This document shows positions 16,518 to 23,416 of a stretch of 39,231 bases of DNA, one piece after another. Position 1 is the stretch's first letter. Each line of letters starts with the position of its first letter. The stretch is from a virus (taxonomy: Duplodnaviria > Caudoviricetes). The stretch spans positions 1 through 39,231 of the IMG/VR virus record IMGVR_UViG_3300038379_000304, one strand, 5' to 3'. Made by a program: the position numbers and the translations under genes. The notes under the pieces were generated by a model. The model saw only the letters and a list, made by a program, of their open reading frames with translations. It ran no database searches and was not told the origin of the DNA.

Positions 16518-16961
16518 ATGGCGCACACCTCGAAGACGCAGCAGAAGATCGCGGAGCTGCAGGCGCTCATGGACAAGCGGGGCCACCTCGCCCCGAGGCG
16601 CGTCGTCATGTGGGCGCGCGCCCACAAGCGCAGCGCGCTGCACTCGCACTTCAACTGGGACGTGAAGAAAGCCGCGATGGAGCACTGGCTCTGGCAGGCG
16701 CGCGAGCTGATCGTCTCGGTGGAGGTGACCTACGAGGACGGCAAGCGCCGGCCGATCTACGTGTCCCCGATCGCGACGAGGACGCTCGGGTACCGCCGCC
16801 TCGTGGACGTGATGAGCGACGAGGACACGAAGGCGCAGTACCTCGCGCAGGCGCTCGAGGAGCTGCGGCGCGTCTGCGACAAGTACATCGACCTGACGGA
16901 GCTCGCGGGCGTGCGCGCCGAGGTGGCGCTCATCCGCGTCGGGAAGAAGGCGGCGGCGTAG
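16518..16961 (+). CDS. Conserved phage protein co-encoded with the RAMP gene (147 aa), putative accessory factor
   Basis: Starts 3 nt after the RAMP stop and has its own GGAGGAG RBS. Motif G.L.P..VV..AR....S.LH..F.WD...AA..H.L.QAR.LI. Its stop codon runs into array 2. Confidence 0.75.
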   Translation: MAHTSKTQQKIAELQALMDKRGHLAPRRVVMWARAHKRSALHSHFNWDVKKAAMEHWLWQARELIVSVEVTYEDGKRRPIYVSPIATRTLGYRRLVDVMSDEDTKAQYLAQALEELRRVCDKYIDLTELAGVRAEVALIRVGKKAAA

Positions 16962-17254
16962 GCGAGGCAGGCGAGGCGAGGCACGGCCGGGCGAGGCACG
17001 GCTTGGCTCGGCATGGCCGGGCGAGGCGAGGCAGGCGAGGCAGTGGATGGCGCGGCCGGGAAAGGCCAAGCAAGGCCTGGCGAGGCAGGCCGGGCGTGGC
17101 TCGGCATGGCCGGGCGGGGCTTGGCAGGGCCAGGCGAGGCAGGCGTGGCAAGGGCAGGCTCGGAACGGCCTGTTGAGGACGGGCGTGGCGAGGCAGGCCG
17201 TGCGCGGCGGGGCTTGGCCGGGCATGGCGGGGCGGTGCTTCGCGTGCCGCCATG
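16961..17254 (+). repeat. GGC-NN pentamer array 2 (putative guide RNA array: 4 complete units plus a terminal unit with hairpin)
   Basis: GGCGAGGCAGGC occurs at 16961, 17025, 17079, 17133 and 17187 (spacings 64, 54, 54, 54). Units contain 12, 10, 10 and 10 pentamers. The array ends in the inverted repeat CATGGCGG (17223-17230) / CCGCCATG (17247-17254). Confidence 0.92.
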
Positions 17255-17299
17255 ACGTTCCGGTGGGGATCAAGGTCGAACGTCAGGGGGAGGGGAAGC

Positions 17300-17530
17300 G
17301 TGGCTGAAGACGAGATCGTGTTCTGGACGTGCGACGACGCGCCGGAAGGATTGGGTTGCACCGAGGAGGACGAGGCGATAGAGGAGTGGCTCGACCGCTT
17401 CTGCGACCCACCGAAGTGGATCGACGGCAAGTGGAGCCCGACGGTGATGCTGCAGAAGCGCTCCAGCGGCCGCGGCGTGGCGCAGCTGCGCGTCGAGCTC
17501 GAGCGCGCGGCCTGGGGCAGGCTGCCGTGA
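17300..17530 (+). CDS. Hypothetical, possibly chimeric protein (76 aa)
   Basis: GGAGGGG RBS with GTG start. The C-terminal VAQLRVELERAAW nearly duplicates the end of the DUF559 gene. Confidence 0.5.
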   Translation: MAEDEIVFWTCDDAPEGLGCTEEDEAIEEWLDRFCDPPKWIDGKWSPTVMLQKRSSGRGVAQLRVELERAAWGRLP

Positions 17531-17724
17531 TGAACGCGCGGGACAGGGTCCGGCTGAAGGAAGCCATCCGCGAGCTCGAGGCCGACGCCGAGGCGGCCCG
17601 GCCGAACATGGAGCTCGTGCTGACGGTGCGGTTCGACCGCAACGGGCACATCTGCTCGCGACAGACGCACCTGACGGTCTCTCGCTTCCCGCTTGACGCC
17701 CGCGACACCGAGAGCGCACCATAG
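17530..17724 (+). CDS. Hypothetical protein (64 aa)
   Basis: TGATG coupling; last ORF before the lysis block. Confidence 0.55.
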   Translation: MNARDRVRLKEAIRELEADAEAARPNMELVLTVRFDRNGHICSRQTHLTVSRFPLDARDTESAP

Positions 17725-17784
17725 CCGCGGCCGTACCTCCTGCACTGGCTGGCGACTCACGGCCCAGCCTGGGAGGCGGGATCG

Positions 17785-17852
17785 CCGAGCAAAGGCCCCC
17801 GATCTTCACCGCCGGAAGTCCCGGCGGGTGGGTCGGAGGGCCTTTCGCTTGG
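17785..17852 (+). promoter_or_regulatory. Long RNA hairpin upstream of or overlapping the endolysin start
   Basis: CCGAGC-AAAGGCCC (17785-17798) pairs with GGGCCTTT-C-GCTTGG (17838-17852), with an inner GCCGG/CCGGC stem. Confidence 0.55.
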
Positions 17853-18448
17853 TAGACGGTGCAGCCGGAGCCGGACACACGACCGCCGCGAGCTGGCGAG
17901 AGCTCATCCGCCAGGCCGTAGACGTCCTCTGGCCGGGCCTCCCCGACGGCGCCGCGTGGATCGAGGCGCAGGTCCAGGCCGAGAGCGCGGGTGATCCGCG
18001 GGCGGTGAGCCCCGCCGGCGCGCAGGGCCTCCTGCAGCTGATGCCCGGCACCGCGGCCGAGGTCGGGGTGGCGAACCCCTTCGACCCAGCCGAGAACATC
18101 CGCGGCGGCGTGACGTACCTCCGCCGCCAGTACGACGCCCTTCGCCAGGTGCCCGAGCACGGCGACCGCCTCTGCTGGGCGTTCGCCTCGTACAACGCCG
18201 GACGTGCCTACTCGGCTCGCGCACTCGCCCTTGCGGAGATGGACAAGGCCCTCCCCGGGGCTGACCGCTGGTGGCGCTGGTCGCTCTCCTGGCGCTACCT
18301 GCTGCACCGCGACGCCGGCATCCCCGTGACGCCGGCGCCCGGGCAGCGCAGACGCTGGGCCGACCACCATCAGGTAGTCGCGTACGTGGCCCGCATCCAG
18401 CGGCGCGCGCGGACGCTCGGCGCCGTGGTCGAGACCTGGCCTCAATGA
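17849..18448 (+). CDS. Lytic transglycosylase (SLT-domain) endolysin; start uncertain
   Basis: QAESAGDPRAVSPAGAQGLLQLMPGTA, FDPAENIRGGVTYL and ASYNAG motifs. Confidence 0.9.
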   Translation: MVDGAAGAGHTTAASWRELIRQAVDVLWPGLPDGAAWIEAQVQAESAGDPRAVSPAGAQGLLQLMPGTAAEVGVANPFDPAENIRGGVTYLRRQYDALRQVPEHGDRLCWAFASYNAGRAYSARALALAEMDKALPGADRWWRWSLSWRYLLHRDAGIPVTPAPGQRRRWADHHQVVAYVARIQRRARTLGAVVETWPQ

Positions 18449-18723
18449 TGCCCGCCGAGGTCGTCTGGGTCGGCTGGCTCGTGCTGTTCCTCGTCTACGA
18501 GATCGTGGCGGCCGTGCGCGAACGTGGCACGCCCCAGCGCCTGACGCTGAGCCGCAACGTCTGGACCTGGTTCGACACGCGCCCACGGAAGGTCATCCTC
18601 GCCGTCTTCCTGCTCACCCTGACGGCCCACCTGACGCTCGGCACGCCGGGCGCGGCCGCCATCGTCCTCACGGCGATCCCTGTCGTCTCGGTGATCGCCC
18701 TGAAGATCGGAGGTCGTGCATGA
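18445..18723 (+). CDS. Holin-like membrane protein, 3 TM (92 aa)
   Basis: Overlaps the endolysin stop, starts ATG-ATG, and has three hydrophobic segments. Confidence 0.55.
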   Translation: MMPAEVVWVGWLVLFLVYEIVAAVRERGTPQRLTLSRNVWTWFDTRPRKVILAVFLLTLTAHLTLGTPGAAAIVLTAIPVVSVIALKIGGRA

Positions 18724-19988
18724 GTCCGGGTCTCGTGACCGCCCTCGTCTACGGAGTGAAGGCCGTCGTGAGTTCGAAGGCGGTGCGCCTGGCGCTCGCC
18801 CGGCAGATCATCGAGGCCGTCAAGCGCAACCAGGCGCAGGAGCGCCGCGACCCGCCGCCCGTCGCGAAGGCCGCGGTCCTCGTCGCGCTCGCGGCGTCGC
18901 TCACGGGCTGCGCGCTCGCGGCCCGCCTCGGGAAGGACGACTGCCTCAAGCTGCGCGCGGCCGAGGCGCTCGCGTGCCAGGCCGACCCGCGCAGCACGGA
19001 GTGCACGGAGGCCGGCGAGCTGCTCGACAAGCTGTGCAGGACCCCCTCGCCCCCCGGGCCGGTCGACCCACCGGCGCCGCCGACACCCGAGCCTCCCCTG
19101 GTCGACCCGCCGCCCGTGACGCCGCCGCCCCCCGTAGAGCCCCCGGCGCCGGCAGCGGGCTGCGTCCTAGCAGGCTCCCCGACCGACCCGATCCCCGGTC
19201 ACTCGATGACGCCCGCCCTCGGCAAGGCCCTCAACGCCGCGATCCACCGGCTGCGCCCCGACTGCGAGCCGGGTGGCCGCTGCGTCATCCCGGCGAGCGT
19301 GCGCCCGCAGGAGTGGCAGCGCCAGGTCGCGGCCGAGCTCCGGCGCGACGGGTGGTGCGCTGGGCAGCACGAGCCCGACACCGACGAGATCGCCGCCGCC
19401 GCGACCTCCGAGGCCCCGTGGGAGGGCTTCCACGTCTACGCCGGCGGGTGGGACGACCCGACGCAGGGCGGGACGGTGCTGTGGTCCCCGCAGGCGTACC
19501 GCGGCGCCTGGCGCCCCCCCGCGAGCTCGCCCGCGACTCCCGACCCCGGGCCCGCGCCCGCGCCCGCGCCCGTCGACCCACCCCCCGCGGGGGCCTGCCC
19601 GGCGCCGCTCCCGCCGAAGACGTTCGACGACGGAACGACGCCCCGCTACACGCTCAACGTCTCGTGCTGGCCGACCCCGGAGCGCTGCTCCTGGCTCGAC
19701 GGCACCCCAGTGATCCAGAAGGCCTGCGGCTACTGCGCCTCGATCGGCATAGGCGAGCACGGCGGCAAGATCCGCTGCACGTGCCCGGTGCGCCCCGACG
19801 GCCACCCCGACCGCGCTGCGTGCGAGCAGTACCTCACCGGCGGGGTGTGGTGGCAGACGGACCCGCCCGACGCGGCGGTCGTCCTGCGCGACGGCAACCC
19901 CTACAGCGCCTCGTGCGTCGGGTGCACGCGGATGCGCCTGTGCTCGGGTGTCGCCTGCGAGGTCTTCTCGGAGTGGAGGACGCGATGA
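18720..19988 (+). CDS. Cys-rich, Pro-linker putative lipoprotein (422 aa)
   Basis: AAVLVALAASLTGC is a lipobox-like signal at about residue 64. 21 Cys in total. Two Pro-rich linkers separate three domains. Confidence 0.65.
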   Translation: MSPGLVTALVYGVKAVVSSKAVRLALARQIIEAVKRNQAQERRDPPPVAKAAVLVALAASLTGCALAARLGKDDCLKLRAAEALACQADPRSTECTEAGELLDKLCRTPSPPGPVDPPAPPTPEPPLVDPPPVTPPPPVEPPAPAAGCVLAGSPTDPIPGHSMTPALGKALNAAIHRLRPDCEPGGRCVIPASVRPQEWQRQVAAELRRDGWCAGQHEPDTDEIAAAATSEAPWEGFHVYAGGWDDPTQGGTVLWSPQAYRGAWRPPASSPATPDPGPAPAPAPVDPPPAGACPAPLPPKTFDDGTTPRYTLNVSCWPTPERCSWLDGTPVIQKACGYCASIGIGEHGGKIRCTCPVRPDGHPDRAACEQYLTGGVWWQTDPPDAAVVLRDGNPYSASCVGCTRMRLCSGVACEVFSEWRTR

Positions 19989-20380
19989 AGGCGAAGATCC
20001 TCGAGCTGATCCTGAAGAAGCTCCCGATCAGCAAGCTCCTGCCGACGCTCTTCAGGCTGATCGCCGAGGGCCGCGTCGACGCGATCCTCGGGCTCACGGC
20101 CGAGAAGGGCCTGCGCTGCTACCCGCTGAAGCGGCTCTACTGGGCGACGTCGGGCATCAAGACCTACCTCGGCATGGCGCTCTACGGCGTCGGCGCCGGC
20201 CTGGAGACGATCGCGGGCATGTGGCCCGAGGCGGGGGCCTGGGCGGGCCCCGCGGCTCACTGGTGCTACGTGATCGCGACGTTCGGCGTGAGCGTCGGCC
20301 TGGTCGACGGCGCGACCCGCGCCCCCTACCCGGCGGGGACGAAGATCCCGGCCGAGGCGAAGACCCCGGCCGCCTGGTGA
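19985..20380 (+). CDS. Membrane protein, holin-like (131 aa)
   Basis: GGAGG RBS, ATGA overlap; SGIKTY followed by two hydrophobic segments. Confidence 0.55.
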   Translation: MKAKILELILKKLPISKLLPTLFRLIAEGRVDAILGLTAEKGLRCYPLKRLYWATSGIKTYLGMALYGVGAGLETIAGMWPEAGAWAGPAAHWCYVIATFGVSVGLVDGATRAPYPAGTKIPAEAKTPAAW

Positions 20381-20808
20381 GCGAACCGGCTCCGGGATGG
20401 GCGGCGCAGCTCTGGCACGACCTCGGTGTCCCGGCCACCCTCGGCGCCGCCGCCGCGGGCCTGGCCTGGCTCCGGGCCGTCCTGCGCCGCCGCCGGGCCC
20501 GCGGGCGCCAGTGGGACGCGCTCCTCGTGCTCGTGCAGGTGATCGCCGACAAGCAGCGCCGCGAGATGCACGCCTCGCTGCGGCAGGAGCCCATCCCCGA
20601 GGACGAGTACGACGGCATCAAGCACCGCCTGGACGACGCGCGCGAGGGCCTCTGGCTCGCGCTCGGGAACGAGTCGAGGCGTATCCGCGCGGACGCCCGC
20701 CGCGCCCGGACCACCCAGCGGCTCAAGCGCGAGACGGTCGACGCGATCGAACGCCAGGACACCGCAGCGGAGATGGACATCTTCCGCCCGGAGGACACCG
20801 ACCCATGA
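20377..20808 (+). CDS. Hypothetical protein with N-terminal TM (143 aa)
   Basis: GTGA overlap; hydrophobic segment followed by an RRRRAR stretch. Confidence 0.55.
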   Translation: MSEPAPGWAAQLWHDLGVPATLGAAAAGLAWLRAVLRRRRARGRQWDALLVLVQVIADKQRREMHASLRQEPIPEDEYDGIKHRLDDAREGLWLALGNESRRIRADARRARTTQRLKRETVDAIERQDTAAEMDIFRPEDTDP

Positions 20809-21104
20809 CGACTCGCGGCCAGGCCCCGCCGTCCCCGACGGCGCCGGACCACGACCACGAGCTTCCTTGCCAGGCGTGCGAGCTGGTGCGGCGGATTTCC
20901 GACGCGCAGGAGAGGCACGAGGCGATGATCCAGGCCCACGACAGACGCCTCTACGCGCACGGCCAGGAGATCGCCCTGCTCAAGCTGCGCGAGGACCACC
21001 TCTCCAAGGCCCTCGCCGAGAACACCCGCTTCCTGTCGCTCGCCGCGCAGGCGATGGCCGAGATGACTCAGGCCCTCCACCACCACCAGAAGGCGAGCGA
21101 GTAG
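20805..21104 (+). CDS. Coiled-coil hypothetical protein (99 aa)
   Basis: GGAGG RBS, ATGA overlap, heptad-like C-terminus. Confidence 0.55.
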   Translation: MTTRGQAPPSPTAPDHDHELPCQACELVRRISDAQERHEAMIQAHDRRLYAHGQEIALLKLREDHLSKALAENTRFLSLAAQAMAEMTQALHHHQKASE

Positions 21105-21111
21105 GAGCCCG

Positions 21112-21870
21112 ATGTCCGCGCCGCTCATCGAAGCCGCCGACTGCACCGAGAGCGGGAACAACACCGCCACGGGGTCGTGGGCTGTTGCCCGCCCCGCGCA
21201 GGCGGACGGCGATCTCCTCATCCTGATCCTCGCCTCGGACGCCGACGTCACCCACGGCACGATCCCCAGCGGGCCGAACGGCGAGACGCTCACGGCCATC
21301 GTCAACAGCTATGGCGGGTCCGCGCAGCGGCTGTCCGTCTGGTGGTGGAAGGCGAACGGCTCCGCGTCGTCCGGGTCGATCACCGTCACGCCGAGCGCAA
21401 GCGAGCAGTGGACCGCCATCGTCGTCAAGGTGCCGGCGGGGGAGTACGACGCGACGACGCCGATCGGCGCGTCGGCGCCGGCGAACGACACCGGTGCCGA
21501 CGCGAACGCGACGTCGGCGGCTTTCACCGCTGGCGCTGCGGACGGCGGTGGGCGCCTGTGCTTCGCGGTGGCGATGGACACCGTCACGCTCAGCACGACC
21601 GCCCCCACAGGCTGGACCCACCGCATCACGAGGGACCGGGGCGCGTGCGGTGTCGCGCTGTCCACGCGGGACGCGGAGACCACGAACAACGAATCGATCG
21701 GCGCGACCAACTTCGCTCTGGTGTCGAGCGAGACGGACAGCAACGTCTCATTCATCGTGCGCGGACCCGCCGCCCCCAGCTCCAACCCGCCGCCGTTTCT
21801 CACCCGCCCGTTCCTGACGATGCAGCCGCAGCGCCCGCGAGGGCTCGCGTCCGTCCCACGAAGGAGATAG
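21112..21870 (+). CDS. Ser/Thr/Ala-rich beta-domain virion or fibre-associated protein (252 aa)
   Basis: AGGAG RBS. The P....DGDLLILIL... beta-sandwich pattern is common in phage structural proteins. Confidence 0.55.
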   Translation: MSAPLIEAADCTESGNNTATGSWAVARPAQADGDLLILILASDADVTHGTIPSGPNGETLTAIVNSYGGSAQRLSVWWWKANGSASSGSITVTPSASEQWTAIVVKVPAGEYDATTPIGASAPANDTGADANATSAAFTAGAADGGGRLCFAVAMDTVTLSTTAPTGWTHRITRDRGACGVALSTRDAETTNNESIGATNFALVSSETDSNVSFIVRGPAAPSSNPPPFLTRPFLTMQPQRPRGLASVPRRR

Positions 21871-21874
21871 CCAC

Positions 21875-22321
21875 ATGGCGAGAGTGAGAGCCGTTGCGGA
21901 CGTCGGGGCGATCTCGATCGCGTCGTCCACCACGAAGACGCTCATCGGGCTGCAGGCCCCGACAAATCAGGCCCTCGCGCTGAAGCGGTTCATCCTGAGC
22001 TGTCAGGGTGTCGCGGCGGCAGATCCGCCGATCACCGTCGAGGTCGGCACCGTGACGGGCGGCACCTCGGCCGGGCTCACCGAGCGGCAGCTCGCGGGCC
22101 CGAGCGTCACCCTCCAGGGGGCCGCTCTCTCCTACTCGGCCGAGCCGACGTGGACCGTCTTCTACTCGTGGTACCTCCACCTCCAGAGCGGCTACGAGCG
22201 CGTCTTCCAGGCGGCCGAGGACGAGTGGATCTACGCGAACGGCATCTGGGCCATGCGCGTCACCTCGGGCACGCTGAGCGCCTCCACCAACGTCCGCGCC
22301 TCGGTCGAGTGGGAGGAGTGA
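21875..22321 (+). CDS. Putative structural beta-sandwich protein (148 aa)
   Basis: AAGGAG RBS; beta-rich; ends VEWEE. Confidence 0.55.
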   Translation: MARVRAVADVGAISIASSTTKTLIGLQAPTNQALALKRFILSCQGVAAADPPITVEVGTVTGGTSAGLTERQLAGPSVTLQGAALSYSAEPTWTVFYSWYLHLQSGYERVFQAAEDEWIYANGIWAMRVTSGTLSASTNVRASVEWEE

Positions 22322-22327
22322 GGCGGC

Positions 22328-22693
22328 GTGGCGATCCTGATCGACGCTCAGTCCGTCTCGATCAACCCCGGCACGCGCGAGTTCGAACACGCCATCGACG
22401 CGCCGGGCGTGCTGGAGGTGCGGCTCGCGCGCATGACGACCCTGACCCCGACGCTGTGGGCTGAGGGCGTGAGCCTTGCGGTGCGCCTCGACTACTCGCT
22501 CGACGCCGGTCAGACGTGGAGCAGCCTCGCGGCCTTCACCTCCGAGGGCGGCATCGCGCCGGGTCGCTTCGGTGGCGAAGCGGAGTACACGTTCCTGCGG
22601 TGCCTGCTCCCCGACGCGGCGAACCGCGCTCGCCTCAACGTGGCTGTGGCCGGCGGCCGGCTCGACACCCTGCTGACCGTGATCCGCGAGTAG
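22328..22693 (+). CDS. Putative structural protein (121 aa)
   Basis: Contains an Asp-box-like YSLDAGQTW; operon context. Confidence 0.55.
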   Translation: MAILIDAQSVSINPGTREFEHAIDAPGVLEVRLARMTTLTPTLWAEGVSLAVRLDYSLDAGQTWSSLAAFTSEGGIAPGRFGGEAEYTFLRCLLPDAANRARLNVAVAGGRLDTLLTVIRE

Positions 22694-22699
22694 CGAACC

Positions 22700-23413
22700 G
22701 TGGCGATCTCGATCGTCCAGAAGGACCCGAACAGCACGACGTGGGCGACGGCTGGCCCGGTGAGCAGTCTCACGTCGACCGGCACCGGGTCTGCGACGAC
22801 GACAGGGAACCGCCTCATCGCGCTGGCGACGCTGTGGAATTCGTCCGGGATCGGCACCGGCGCCTCGTTCTCCGACAACGGCACGCACGGATGGACGCAG
22901 GATGGCTACTCGGACGAAGACGATACGACCGTCCGCTTCCTCACGGCCATCGCCCGCACCACCACGATCACCGGACGCAGCGATCACGAGGTGACAGTCA
23001 GCGGGCCGGCGAGCAGTTACTTCGTGCTCGGCGTGCTGGAGGTCAGCGGGATCGACGGCACGACCCCGGTGCAGGACGCGGAGCTGGGCTACGGTGGCGG
23101 ATCGTCGTGCTCGACGGTGGAGCTGACTCTCAGCGGCGGCACCGATCTCGTCCTCGCCCTCTGCACGGATGACGCGGGCGGGACGTGGACGCGGACGTGG
23201 ACGGGCGCGACGTTGCAGTGGGAGGGGCCGGCCGACATCGGTGAGTCGCTCCTCTCCAGCGCAGCGACCGAGGACCCGACGTGGACGAAGAGCAGCACCG
23301 CCCACTGGTGCGCGTGCGCGGTGGCGTACAAGGCCGGCGCGGGCGGGCCCGCGATCCCGCCACACGACGGCGTGGCCCCGTGGTCCTCGATCTGGCGGAC
23401 GGGGAGGGTGTAG
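22700..23413 (+). CDS. Thr/Ser/Gly-rich virion or fibre-associated protein (237 aa)
   Basis: MAISIVQ...TTTGNRLI...LEVSGID pattern; composition similar to the 21112 protein. Confidence 0.55.
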   Translation: MAISIVQKDPNSTTWATAGPVSSLTSTGTGSATTTGNRLIALATLWNSSGIGTGASFSDNGTHGWTQDGYSDEDDTTVRFLTAIARTTTITGRSDHEVTVSGPASSYFVLGVLEVSGIDGTTPVQDAELGYGGGSSCSTVELTLSGGTDLVLALCTDDAGGTWTRTWTGATLQWEGPADIGESLLSSAATEDPTWTKSSTAHWCACAVAYKAGAGGPAIPPHDGVAPWSSIWRTGRV

Positions 23414-23416
23414 CGC

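Noticed and set aside
16961-17254. Canonical CRISPR array
   Set aside because: There is no 23-47-bp constant repeat with unique spacers. The constant part is only 9-12 nt and the intervening sequence is itself periodic. No cas1/cas2.
15645-17307. ORFs running through the pentamer arrays (e.g. 17013-17255, 17047-17307, 15214-15894 and antisense frames)
   Set aside because: They are low-complexity G/A/R/P translations open in most frames because GGC-NN tracts lack stop codons. The 5-nt and 5n+4 periodicity is not codon-based.
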